Below are positions 51,369 to 64,000 of a DNA stretch of 64,000 nucleotides, piece after piece (within the stretch, counting starts at the first letter, position 1; every line of letters begins with the position of its first letter). The position numbers were made by a program, and so were the translations under genes. The DNA comes from Octopus sinensis (Eukaryota): contig NC_043005.1 of NCBI RefSeq assembly GCF_006345805.1, positions 32,798,001 through 32,862,000 of the forward strand. Reading direction: 5' to 3'. The notes under the pieces are model-generated. The model was not told the DNA's origin, did not search any database, and saw only the letters and a list, made by a program, of their open reading frames with translations.

Positions 51369-54300
51369 TGTATGTATGTATGTATGTATGTATGTATGTA
51401 TGTATGTATGTATGTATGTATGCATGTATGTATGTATGCGTGTGTATGTGTATGTATGTATGTATGTATGTATGTATGTACGTATGTGTATGTACGCGTG
51501 TGTGAATGTAAACGTGTGTATGTGTGTGGGTATATATGTATGCAACTTAGCGATAACAGTTAAGCAGTACTTCTCTTTTGTTCAGCCATAGAATTTCCTT
51601 AATTCAACATTTCTGAGATCAAAGCCGTTCTGTCCATCACACGTCTTTTTTTTCAAACAGTACATATGCAAGACTACGTTAACCAGTATGCGTCTGCCTT
51701 TTAAGACACTAGAATGTGAGCTGAGAGAGATGTAGCTCCCACACAGTTTCTGCCGACCTGGTTTCACTGACAAGGAGTGAATTGAAGTGAGACTATTATT
51801 GAAGGCACCTGGTTGTTGGACTTTCAATCGTAAGGGGGAGGGTTTGGTTTCTTTTGTGCGAAACATACATGTTATGTAACTCCAATCTACTCAGCTAAAA
51901 TGAGTTACATCTGCTGCTGAGTGGTAACTCACAGACTTTTCGTCAAAGATCTTGAAAATGTAAGATGTCAAAAGCCCCTGGACACTGGACGATGGATACT
52001 GACGCTGATGATGGCGACGACGACGTGAAGGAGAAGGAAGTGGAAAAATGCTCAGGAAGAAGCCACTAACCTAAAGTGCCGACTATTGCGACTACTGTGA
52101 TAGTTATGAATTTTTCACTAGACTGTCTGCTTTTTAGAATGAGTTGATGATACTATTTTAACGATGTCCGAGTGGTTGAGTCCCTTTTTCAATACCTCTT
52201 ATAATTGTTATGATGAAACTAATCATTCCAAGATTTCTGGAATTGTGATTTTTATCTATTAATAGTTCAAATGTCTGATGAAATGGCAGATGATTTCTGA
52301 TTGTGTAATGCATCAATTATGAATATATTACTATGCTACAGAAACATATGTAGCATATATCGAATTGTTATCCTCTATTCATCATGTTTTATTATACATT
52401 CATATATACATTTATATGCATATGTATATGTATATATGTATGTATTATGTATGTATATGTATGTATATATGTATGCATATAAGATTTTTGCTTCATGAAC
52501 AACAACAAGAAAAATTTATGTTGCAAAATGATGTCTTCAGCTTAGTAACTTGGAGTTTTCATATTTTACAGATTGAAAGATGAAACGAAGATATGTATCT
52601 TCATTGTCTGAAGAAACGTGTATGGTGCAAAACATTCCAGACATCCACCCAACTATACACATATACATACACATAATTTGGGCCATTACTAGCACTCAAA
52701 TCATACCATGCAATTATTTAAGACATCAAACCCATATAAATAAAGTCAGGTACATGTAGTAGGTGTGTTCTCTCTTTCCAGATGTCTTTCATAAAAATTT
52801 TAAAATTATAATTAAATTAGATTTGTGATTAGCATTCATTTGCATGACCTGCATTTATGTAGAAAACGTCACTGATATGTATGTATATATGCATGTATGT
52901 ATGTATGTATGTATGTATGTATGTATGTATGTATGTATGTATGTATGTATGTATGTATGTATGTATGTATGTATGTATGTATGAATGTATGTATGTATGT
53001 ATGTATGTATGTATATGTGCGTGTATATATATATATATATATGTAGGTAGGTATGTATATATATGTGTATGTGTATTCATACATATGTATATTATATTGT
53101 ATTTGTATATATGTATGTGTATATGTATGCATAAATGTATGTATGCACTCAAATGTATGTATATGCATATTTATTCAACCATTCGCATATTAATATAATT
53201 ATGGTGGAAAAAGCTAGTGAATCTGTTTACAAAACTGCATGCAAACAGCAACGTATTGCTGTCTTGTTGCAGCATTTATAGAAAACAGCTGCAAAAATCG
53301 CATCTGAATAAACAACGAAGTCCATCCAATGTATTGAAGGGAACAGAGACAGGCAGTTGTAACATTGATTCACAAAACAGATCATATGTCTTAGATTCAC
53401 CTCATTCTGGTTAGATGTTTGTGTTGAAGCTAACATGATCTAACATAAGCACGAGTCGTTGAATGAGAACTTCTATATGGTCGCTTGACCAGCTAGATAT
53501 AGCAACCTAATCTCACGAAAATTTAAACATTTAAACAAAATGTAGTCCAGGGCATAACTCTAATTGGGCAAGATAACCCCTATCCAGACTACTTTTGATC
53601 ATAAATCCGGGGTTTATAATCATCATCATCATCATTCGCATTAGCAATAACAAGAATAATAGGAATAGCAATAACAGCAACATTAAGAACAGCAATAACA
53701 ATAACAGTAAGTTCTAGCCAGTCACTCGACTGGCTAGAGCTAACAACACCACTACAAATACTCGCACCACAGCTATCGCCACAGTCACTATCCTTTCCAT
53801 CTCATCACCTTGAACAACATCAGAACCACCACCACCACCACCACACCACCACCACCACCACCACCACCACCACCACCACCACCACCGCCGCCGCTGCCAC
53901 CACTGCCGTGACCGCCGCTACCACTACAAATTCTGTAGCAGCGTTACACGTCTCATGTTCCAAAAGAAATTGTATTTTAACAGGTTTTGTGCAGTTGTTT
54001 TACTATTTGACACAGCTGTCGTTTTACTATTTGACATCAACCAGTTTTCTGTCACTATACTCATACCTCCTCAGTAATAAATACACTCACTAATAACATC
54101 TCCATTCAATCCAACATTTTGTTAATCTCACACTTCAACAATCCCAACTAAACATTAGCTGCGTTAACCTTGCCCAACGAAATGCATCTTTTCAATGCAA
54201 AGGCCTTTTGACGTCGTATGCTCAGTCCTTCTTCTCTGGTAGTGATACATTTCTGTAGAATTCCCTCGTTTTCTTCATACCAACACGTTGCTAGGTCTTA

Positions 54301-54670
54301 CCGCACCAATGTCATCAAATTCCTACCTCCTCTCCATTTCTCGACAGTTCTCATTAGTGCGTGTGTGTTGAGGAATTAGACGTTACTTTCTACAACAGCA
54401 CCATTCAACAGATTCCTCTGCTCATTCATAATTTTACTCTGAAATGAATTAATAAATAGATAAATAAAAATTCGTCACAAAAGAATATTTTCTGGATAAA
54501 TTTTTGGAAGCCAAACAAGAAGAACATGGATGGAATAGAAAGAAAAAAATTAATACTAAGAAGAATGGATGTTCTGATATCGACTGGTTCTTGTAAAATC
54601 AATCAGGGATGATCAAAACGACTGATGATTTGTTACAATAGCAATCTCTTGTATGAACAATTGTCCCTTA

Positions 54671-54897
54671 ACTCTCTTTACTCTCTTTTACTCATTTACT
54701 TGTTTCAGTCATTTGACTGCGGCCATGCTGGAGCACCGCCTTTAGTCGAGCAAATCGACCCCGGGACTTATTCTTTGTAAGCCCAGTACTTATTCTATCG
54801 GTCTCTTTTGTCGAACCGCTAAGTGACGGGGACGTAAACACACCAGCATCGGTTGTCAAGCAATGCTAGGGGGACAAACACAGACACACAAACATGT

Positions 54898-54932
<35 letters not shown>

Positions 54933-55086
54933 CGACAGGCTTCTTTCAGTTTCCGTCTACCAAATCCACTCACAAGGCATTGGTCGGCCCGGGGCTATAG
55001 CAGAAGACACTTGCCCAAGATGCCACGCAGTGGGATTGAGCCCGGAACCATGTGGTTGGTAAGCAAGCTACTTACCACACAGCCAC
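54671..55086 (-). mobile_element. SINE family A, full length
   Basis: Near-identical to 28531-28934. Confidence 0.92.
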
Positions 55087-56122
55087 GTTGTCAATGAATT
55101 TATAGAGAGGACTCTGCTGAGTTTTGAACCATTGTGCTCAGGATTTCCCGATCTACCATACCTCTATAAAAGGTAATAGACATATTGCAAAATTATGTCG
55201 CTATAAAAGGCATTAACGTTTACGCGAATACGGTTCGACCAATCAGATTTGGTTAACTTGTTACAATCGACACAGTGAACTTCAAAGAAAGTGTTCGAGT
55301 TTGCCCCCAAATGGTTAGATCGAAAGTTCAAGAAACTTTTGCCTGTTGTTATAAAAAGTCAGTCAACGCCCAAACCTGAGCCATCCACACAACATAGTAT
55401 TTATTCATTTTTAATACACTTTTGGCAGATTAGAACGTGAATATTTGATAGCTGGTGTTTTTAATCATCAGAGTACGTCTTTTTCATTTAGATGATGTGT
55501 GTTCATAACACAAGCGAGTCAAATAAGTATTAGCGCGGTCATTCTCATCTTTACAAGTAGCCGACCTAATTTTGTGCACAACCAGTGACAAATTAATAAT
55601 TAAAGATCTACTAAAAAGTTCATATTAACAAGGTTCTTGGTTTCTGAATTAAGTATTAATAGGGTTCGTGGTGTCTTTATCCGGTGGTTTTTTTCTTCAT
55701 ACAAATTGCAACAGACACCGTAGGAGAGTTATGGTTCATTCCTATTTACGATAACAAGACAGAATAGTTAGGAAGAATATTGGGAAGATGGGTAATAATC
55801 ATTGCAGTGTAACTTTCTGGGTCTTTGGGGGAAAATTAGGAGTACTTGTGACGAAAGAGCTTTGACAAAGAAACAATAATAACGATAATAAAAACTGAAG
55901 TAAAGACCAAACATGTAGTGTGTTTAATTGGCAAAATATGACCATCCCCAAATATAACAATATGAGTACTTGTGTCTAGGGAAAATGAATCGTTCCTTTT
56001 AGAACATTGAAACTCACTCCTTGTGAGTAGATTTGATGGGCGGAAACTGAAAGAATATTGCATGCGTGTATTATAGATGTATACAATCAAAAGTACTGTT
56101 AAAATGCACACACACACACACG

Positions 56123-56186
<64 letters not shown>

Positions 56187-56478
56187 GTAAGGTAACTGCT
56201 TGGATTCCAAATCCCTATTCCTTTTCGTTATGTATGTATGTATGTATCTATCTATCTATCTAGTTGAAAATATGAGTAGAAGTGGCTTTATGGGGGATAA
56301 TTTTTATTTCAATAATATTGTTTACAGTGAGTGACTCTGGTATGAGTTTCAAGCTTCAAATAGCTGTTTTCAAACTGAAAACTGTATGTTTTACTGATTG
56401 CTTCAATAGCAAAAGATTTTTTCTTACAAGTATACGCACAAAAGTGGAAAATATATAAAACAAAAGCATGTGTGTATG

Positions 56479-56610
56479 AGAAGAAGAAGAAGAAGAAGAA
56501 GAAGAAGAAGAAGAAGAAGAAGAAGAAGAAGAAGAAGAAGAAGAAGAAAAAAAAGAAGAAGAAAAAGATGAAGAAGAAAAAGATGAAGAAGAAGAAGAAG
56601 AAAGAAAGCG
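56479..56610. repeat. (GAA)n polypurine microsatellite
   Basis: Directly visible. Confidence 0.95.
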
Positions 56611-56971
56611 AAGAAGGGAAAAATAAGCAAATGAAATAAAGATAAAAATAAAAATAAAAATAAAAAAGATAAGAAAGATAAGACTAATAGTAATTGAGAA
56701 CAACAGCGGAGAGGAGAGGTAAGTCCATCAAGAATAAAGAAATGAAATATATATATATATATATATATATGAGAGTATTGTAGTTCGCTTGAAGCATTGT
56801 GTATTGTTTGTAAAAAATAAAATGTTTTGAATGATGCAACAATGCACTATAATACTGAATGGGCTATACACCTATTGTAATTTAGTCACCATAGTCTGAT
56901 ATGATATTTCGGAATAATATTCCTTCTTCATTGTTGTACCATTCAAAACTTTTTATCCTTTATATGTATAA

Positions 56972-57052
<81 letters not shown>

Positions 57053-57149
57053 TATATAATAGAGCGTATATTAAAGAGGGAATAAGGTCTATATATGCAT
57101 ATAATAGCGATGATCTGAATGGGATGAATAAAGTCAATACAAGCAATAA

Positions 57150-57651
57150 TATAAATACTTATAGTAATAGCGTAAATAAGAATCTATCGAGAGGTTCGGA
57201 AGATAATAGAGAGGCTGATTGAGTCTATTTTAGTAAAAATCGGAGTACTAAGAATAATGATGTTGTCTGGTATAATCTTCCCTTCAATTCAGCAATAGCT
57301 ACTAATATATATAGAAAATTTTTGGCGATATCGGAGAAAAATTTCCCAGCTTCACATAAATGTAGCATACTTTTCTCCTGTAAGAAAATCGAAGTCTCAT
57401 ATACCACTCTTCCGAATCTGGGTACAATAATAACTCGCCTGAACAGGAAAAATATAACAATATCCCGTAAGATTGATAATTATAATAGTAATTGTAGATT
57501 AACTCCCAATAACGACTCTAATAATCTTAATGATTTAAATATCAATAGTGCTAATGATAACACAGCTAAGCCCGCCTCAGCCTGTAATAATGCAGACCTG
57601 ATAGGTTATATTATTGGAGCCAATGGACCAAATGCAACCATCACACTGTGA
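57150..57651 (+). mobile_element. Penelope-like element fragment: RT thumb + Asn-rich linker
   Basis: DVVWYNLPFNSAIATNIYRKFLAISEKNFPASHKCSILFSCKKIEVSYTTLPNLGTIITRLN matches the PLE thumb pattern W.N.P....V.TN....FL......FP..H.....F......SY...PN...II. Confidence 0.75.
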
Positions 57652-59765
57652 TTACATAACCGCTAGCGATACAATCTAAGACTTGAGGGTAAATATAAAT
57701 ATAAAAAAATAATTATAACACCCAGAGTAGTGAAGACGTAATCCGTGATCATAATTCTATGAATTTTAACTGTACTCTGAATGAGGAATCTATAATTATT
57801 AATAGTATGATAAAAAAAACTACAATATTAAGAGCATCTGAAATTGCAAGGGAAAATCTCATTGTCCGCTATTACTCCCTTCCCCTCGAATCAGCACTAC
57901 TTCATTAATTTATTATTAATTTTTAATTTGATATTTGTTTTTCTCTTCCTGATTTTATCTCCCCTCCCTTATAGTTTATGATTTGTTGAATCATTGTAAC
58001 CCATCGTGAATTTCGACAATTTTTTGACACTCTTTACGATATTTTAAAAATTCTTTTTAACATATTGGCATCCACATTGCTAGTTACCTTTAGTAATACT
58101 TATATATTCAACTAGATCTAGTATTTCTTTAGTAAATCATACTTATGGCACTTTCTCGTGATTTGACCTAATATAACCTTTAGGTGAAATGCTTATTCTA
58201 TGACTTAAACAAGGAAATACTTATTTATAATTTAAAATGTTATAACCCAGAAAATTTACACCCTATTAATTATTACAATATGTATCTACCCATTTCCTAA
58301 ATCAATTCCTTTCATATATGCTTGATATAAAATACGTTTTTATCTTTACTACTAGTGGTTTTTTATATTTCGCACCTCCCCTAAGTACAAAACATACCCT
58401 CTAAGATCTGTTACTATTTATTTATCTTTATGTATTTTTATTGTATACTTTACAAACATGTGTAAAACCTTTTTTCACTTTTAGCTTTATTTATATTAAA
58501 TTCTGGTATATTTATTTTTATCTCTATCTCTTTATTTATAATGTTATAATTTTTTCTCTACATATATAGCATTATAATTTTTATATATTTTTTATATTAT
58601 TTAAAAAATGTGTTTTCTATAGTTTTCATATATTTTTATATTTTTATAGTTTTTATACTTTTATATACTTTACAATTTTTTATATATTCTTTTATATATT
58701 TTTTATATATCCTTTATATATTTCTTTAAAGATTATATATTTTTTACAGTTTATATTTTATATTCGGAGTTATCGGACGTCTTTTTTGCTACTGCCGTTT
58801 AAAGGTATTTGTTACATTGTTGTTGATTTGTTTTTGTTGAACTCCCCTGTTTCTGTGTTTTTCGAGACACTTTTTGTCTGCGTTACAGCAGATTTCTTCC
58901 CCCCTTGTTTGAAGGAAACTTAATATTTTTTGTATCTCATTTTATTCTCAAAAAGAGTATATCCTCCGACGGGGAAGACTTACATTTTGACAAATTATTA
59001 GAAGCAATAGTAATGACCATGCCTGCGCCAGCAGACCAAACGGAAAATACGACAAAGAAAACCGACGACAGCTCTGAGAAAAATAAGGGAAAACATGACT
59101 AATTTCGCAGCTGTAGCTGGAGTAAACAAAGAAGACTTAAAAAGTGAACAAAGCGAACTAGGAAAGTACAACGGTCTCCTTCAAAGGGAGGCGCACAACG
59201 TAAAATTGGTACTTCTCAGCGAAGTCACTCACACCACCCGAAGGAAGACTATAATATTTAAAACGTACTTCATCAAAAACAAAAGAATAGACTTGGCCCC
59301 CAAAGAGGCCGTAGAAAAATTTTTACACCCCGCATGGCAAGATATCACTGATATAGCCAGGGGGAGGAGATATGCCACGGTGTAGGTAGGTTTTTACAAC
59401 GAGGAAAAAGCCAGGCAACATTCTACGACCTCACTCAAGTTAGTCGAAGTGGTTCTCCTGCCAACATACCTTGGAAGGCGTACTTTCAGGGTAACTGTAG
59501 GAGAAATACCACCGAAGATTGATGTTGCCTGGCTCGTAGTAGCACTGGTATGAGGCTTGGAGAACAAAATCACTATTCTTCAGGCCACCAAATTTCATCA
59601 ACAGAACTGGCAGGGGTAGGGGTTAGAGATGCTAATCCAAGCTACGCCTGCCGATCTGGAGATGAAACAAATCTAAGGGTCATGGTGGAGAGATGAAAAC
59701 CTCGTTGTTATAAGTGTGGCCAAAAAGACCACATAAGAGCAGAGTGTCTTCCACCACCTGTACCC

Positions 59766-59892
59766 ACACCACCCGCGAAAACTTCTGTACCTCCACCAAC
59801 CGAAAAATCATGTGTACCCCCACTACCCGTGAAAACTTCGGTACCTCCACCAGCCGCGAAAACTTCTGTATCCCACCACCCACGAAAACTAC
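59766..59892 (+). repeat. 27-bp minisatellite (~5 units) encoding PPAKTSVPP-like repeats in ORF1
   Basis: The (g/a)(c/t)gaaaact core recurs at 59775, 59802, 59829, 59856 and 59882. Confidence 0.85.
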
Positions 59893-60459
59893 TCATGAAG
59901 TGGGGAAAATACAGAGAGACAGAAGCCTATAGAAGACCCGAAAACAGTTAAAAGAAAAGAAACAGGAGTCGAAACATTACCAGAAGATACAGATTGGACT
60001 ATTGTCGGCCCCAAAAATTAAAAAAGGAAGAGAAAGGAAGAACCCCCTCCCAATCCTTACAGACACTAATACACCGACCACAAGCACACGCTTTACCCGC
60101 CACAATAGATCTCCAAACTCCTCGCCCATCGCCCAGCAAGTCATGTATAAACATTACACCCATTAACATTCAAAACAGAATTAAAAAAACAAATAGAAAA
60201 CATCACAACAGTAAATCCATTTAACAAAACCCAAAACCCAAAACCCAAGTACCCCTTCTCATATTTATTTTTACATCATTGACAGTATAAGTTACAGTGT
60301 AATTAAAAAATCATTCCCCGAAGACGTTGGACATTACAAAGGAATTTTTAATCTTATTTATATAGACAATTCTTAAAGAATACCCCACAAACCACACTAT
60401 CTGAAAACCTGGACGAGGAGAGATTACCATCCCCACTTCTCTCAAGGCAAGACAACTTT

Positions 60460-60912
60460 ATGCTCTTGTTCAACGTAGGTTGCATAAATGTACGCGGGCT
60501 GGAGTCAGAGTGGAAGCAAAGCTACCTCTGTGACAACCTCAGGTCGAATAGATTGGATTTAGTAGTTACTACTGAAGCCAAACTGAGTGGATTGCAGGCT
60601 TTTTCACCCCTCCTAAACGGCTACGAGAAATTTATTTCTCCAAGGCAACCTGGAGTGGGAGAAGGAGTCACAGTTCTACTCAGAAAAAATCTGGATTTAG
60701 AGGTAAGAAGTGTCTTTGTAGAACCGGTGGGCAGGTTAATCGTTCTTGATGTGACGCACAGCTGCGGTAAGTCTTTCAGGTTGGTGGCTGTCTATGCTCC
60801 TTGTGGAGCAGAGCAGTTTGACTATTTCAGAAGCTCAGCGAATTTTCTAGGGACGTCACACACTTTAGTGTTGTTAGGTGACTTTAACATAATCTGCGAT
60901 GCACCCGGATAG
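60460..60912 (+). CDS. AP-type endonuclease domain of the Tx1/L1-like LINE (truncated by a stop)
   Basis: GCINVRGL, DLVVTTE, GVTVLL, GRLIVLDV, LVAVYAP, VLLGDFN. Confidence 0.85.
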   Translation: MLLFNVGCINVRGLESEWKQSYLCDNLRSNRLDLVVTTEAKLSGLQAFSPLLNGYEKFISPRQPGVGEGVTVLLRKNLDLEVRSVFVEPVGRLIVLDVTHSCGKSFRLVAVYAPCGAEQFDYFRSSANFLGTSHTLVLLGDFNIICDAPG

Positions 60913-61866
60913 GAGAGGAAACTCTTGCCTCAGCGGTCTGCTAAGACGTTTTCAGCTGGCAGACTGATTCATACTGAATCACTTGGATGTATCATTGTGA
61001 ACATTGGCGAATAACGAGGGGTCGTCCAGATCTTATCTAGATATGATTATTGTTAGAATTAAAGATAAGAACATAGCTATTTGTCCACAACATCATATTG
61101 TCAACTACAATGATCACAAATTTGTGACCTGTAGGTTTGACTTAGTATGTGTAGACAAAGGCAGGGTTACTGGATGCTAAATAGGACACTTTTGGCCTGT
61201 GAATCCTACAGGGACTGGATTAGGCAGTTAGTGATGAGGGTATTAAGTGGTACCATTATGGTGGTATGCCCTCAAAGGAGCTATTAAAGTTGAGTCAATT
61301 AGTTTTAGTAAGGAGCTAGCTAGTAATAGAAATAGAATAGAAAGGGCTTTAGTTAAGGCTCTTCAAGAGGCTATGAGGTCAGGCTCTGCACCCAGGTTTT
61401 TGGTTGCGAGGCTGGCACTCGAACAACGTCTCAAAGCTAGACACGAAGGGTGCATTGCCAGAGCTAAGATACATAAAATGGGACAAGAGGGAATCAATGT
61501 CAACGGATGGGCCCGCATGGTAGACAGCCAACGCGGTAATAATGCAGCAATAAGGTCTTTGACGGACCAACATGAGCGTTCAGTAAACGAACCAGAGGAG
61601 ACGTACATGGTTTTTCACGAGCATTTCACCCAGCTTTTCGGAAGGGGCGACGGACCGGAGTGTAGGTTTGCCGCGTCTCTCTCGAGGTGGGAAGCGGAAT
61701 GCTGTGAAGGTTTATACATTCCCTAATCCAAGAATGTGAGATCATATTGTACGCTTTACGATAATTGATCCATGACATGTCTAAGTTAGTTTTCTCCTCT
61801 TGCAGTCTCTAAGTACAGTTTTGAAAACCAGATATTATTATGATTATTATGATTATCATCATCATT

Positions 61867-62052
61867 CAGTAGTTTTATTTTTATCACGTGCTTTCACTTC
61901 ACTACCGAGCGCAGCTCTGTGTGCCTTGGGTATGTGCTGTGATTTGTTGTGATGTTCTGGTGGTTACTGTATTGAAAGTGTTCTGCGTACGATGTGTGCA
62001 GTGCCCAGTAGTGCAATTTTCTGTATGTTATATGTGTTTGTAAGTCCTGGTG

Positions 62053-62055
<3 letters not shown>
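61867..62055 (-). mobile_element. Tiny 5'-truncated R4/Dong-like insertion (~190 bp) inside (TAA)n
   Basis: Homologous to the 3' end of 30516-32014 (IQKIALLGTAHIVRRTLSIQ*). Flanked by (AAT)n at 62056-62105 and aatgatgatgataatcataat at 61835-61866. Confidence 0.9.
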
Positions 62056-62134
<79 letters not shown>

Positions 62135-62238
62135 ATTTGACATACACAGGAACGATTTCTACAATGGCTAGCACCTGGAGGTGGTGAGGAGCATCACTAT
62201 TGAGAAAATATATCGAATTCTATAAAGTTATGAATGTA

Positions 62239-62312
<74 letters not shown>

Positions 62313-63153
62313 TGTGTAACATTATTGTTAGTGACAATCGTGTCACATAGCTGAACGTGTAACAAGTTCATTTCGAAATCACAGGACCCCAGGTTCGAAC
62401 CTACTGCATTGTATCTTTGGTAAATGTCTTTTACTGTAGCCTTCGGTCTACCCAAACCTAGTTAATGTCATTTATGAGACGGAAAGTGTGTGGAAGCTTG
62501 TTGAATGGATTGTATCTGAAATTAACAAGGACCACCGTTCGCACACAATCTGGGTCACACTGATTCTGTCGGAAAATTCTGTTTAGGATACACAGGCTTG
62601 TCCGATGTTCTATTATCAAAGACGTCAATTCAATAAGCAGGTTTAGTACTCACCGTGGAGATCGACGGAGATCCATCAAATATTTTGACTTTTATTACCA
62701 GAGATGAAGGACGGGGGAGTGTTATAATGGTGTTGTCTTTGTTAATCATCAATATACTTGTAGTGGTATAAGGTCTGTTGCTTAACCTCAGTCCTGATCA
62801 AGTACACCTACGACATACATAGCTTATATTCGCGGCCATCTCGTAAATTCAGGGCAATATTGTCAAATATGATGCGAAGACTTTGTTGCATCTCGGGAGG
62901 GTCATTTTGCCAATAAATATATAGACGCACTGGTTCTACATTTTTAACTGTCAATTGCCAATAGGTTAACCATTTAACCAATTAACCTCTCGCTTGTTTA
63001 GTTAACTGCTCAGTCAATCAAGCAGTCAGTTACTGCAGATCATAGACCTACATTAGAGAGGGTATGTCATTGAAGAGGTCGCAAATCGGCAACGAAAGGA
63101 GTTTCACAAACAAAACATATGGATTGAATCCTCGAACGCTTAATCAAATAATC

Positions 63154-63527
63154 GGAGGCGCAATGGCCCAGTGGTTAAGGCAGCGGACTCGCGGTCGTAG
63201 GATCGCGGTTTCAATTCCCAGACCGGGCGTTATGAGTGTTTATTGAGCGAAAACACCTAAAGCTCCACGAGGCTTCGGCAGGTGATCCCTGCTGTACTCT
63301 TTCACCACAACTTTCTCTCACCCTTACTTCCTGTTTCTGTTGTACCTGTATTTCAAAGGGCCGGCCTTGTCACTCTCTGTGTCACGCTGAATATCCCCGA
63401 GAACTACGTTAAGGGTACACGTGTCTGTGGAGTGCTCAGCCACTTACACGTTAATTTCACGAGCAGGCTGTTCCGTTGATCGGATCAACCGGAACCCTCA
63501 TCGTCGTAACCGACGGAGTGCTTCCAC
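63154..63527 (+). mobile_element. tRNA-derived SINE with a distinct head but the family C tail
   Basis: Head ggaggcgcaatggcccagtggttaagg ... ggtttcaattccc. From gtacctgtatttc onward it matches 1900-2214 and 29011-29305. Confidence 0.85.
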
Positions 63528-64000
63528 AATCAAATAATCAATTATCTAATTAGTTAAATGTTATCAAATTCACAAATAAACAATAAAGAAATGAAATAGA
63601 ACCACGTGTGTGCTTATTATTGGTAAAATGATCCTACTAAGGTAAATACATAATCTATTTCAACACACAAGATCTTGCAAACCAAATGCAAAACGAAATA
63701 TGCGAAGATTTCGCGGATATTTCTAGCAGGTCAATTGTCTACGTAAAGTTTCCCCTGCTATCCGTGGTGGTAGCAACGGCGGTGGCTGTGGTGGTGGTGA
63801 TAGTAATGGTAGTATTGGCGGTGCGTTGGGGGGGGGGGGATAACACTGACTGTAGTGGTGGTAGTGCTGCTGCTGCTACCATCAGGCAGGCGAAATGAGC
63901 AGCTGTGAAAACAAAATGAATTGTTTGTAGAGAACATGATAATGATGATGACGACGACGACGATGGTGATGGTGATGATGATGATGATGATGCTGATGGT

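Larger units (their letters stand above)
58765..61726 (+). mobile_element. Tx1/L1-like LINE: 5' UTR, ORF1 (CCHC knuckle, Pro-rich repeats) and APE domain; RT and 3' end absent
   Basis: ORF1 fragments include CYKCGQ..HIRAEC (frameshifted) near 59706-59750. ORF2 APE is at 60460-60912 and the inter-domain ORF at 61247-61726, after which homology stops abruptly. Confidence 0.85.

Noticed and set aside
52605-52645. tgtctgaagaaacg...caaaacattccagaca, a pLTR/hammerhead-like relic
   Set aside because: The GAAA core is lost and stem II is unpaired.
55160-55360. TATAAAA x3 and CCAAT cluster
   Set aside because: Spacing does not fit a core promoter, and such motifs are common in AT-rich DNA.
56328-56339. 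Possible 12-nt phase-1 microexon (tttacag|TGAGTGACTCTG|gtatga)
   Set aside because: Splice-like hexamers are frequent by chance, an overlapping GTGAGT makes the reading ambiguous, and no host gene is established.
62653-62800. Minus-strand open frame ending at a strong donor (ACG|GTGAGT)
   Set aside because: No domain similarity, and the only candidate acceptor lies inside a family D repeat.

Overview
Repeat-dominated, AT-rich animal genomic DNA with one 100-N assembly gap. The SINE families and dense (TA)n/(TATG)n/(TAA)n microsatellites resemble Octopus-type coleoid cephalopod DNA; this is inference from recalled repeat families, not a search. No host protein-coding exon can be supported, and nearly all listed ORFs are microsatellite noise or transposon fragments. 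The window holds at least four tRNA-derived SINE families, RTE, CRE-like, R4/Dong-like and Tx1/L1-like LINE fragments, Penelope-like elements (PLEs), two Helitrons, hAT, Tigger/pogo and rosa-like Tc1/mariner fossils, and several MITEs. A CpG-rich island with ETS, NRF1, E2F and YY1 motifs at about 12.4-12.8 kb looks like a host housekeeping promoter. Four observations stand out. (1) An R4-like retrotransposon family has all three copies inserted in (CATA)n microsatellite and carries a (CATA)n tract in its own 3' UTR, so it may propagate its own target. (2) Several (TAA)n-flanked Dong-like lineages repeatedly sit tail-to-tail against the (TTA)n tails of one SINE family. (3) A young PLE has about 585-bp inverted pseudo-LTRs, an open GIY-YIG frame and an intact hammerhead ribozyme in each arm. 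(4) A fold-back composite element is present in two copies. All assignments come from motif reading by eye; no database searches were run.
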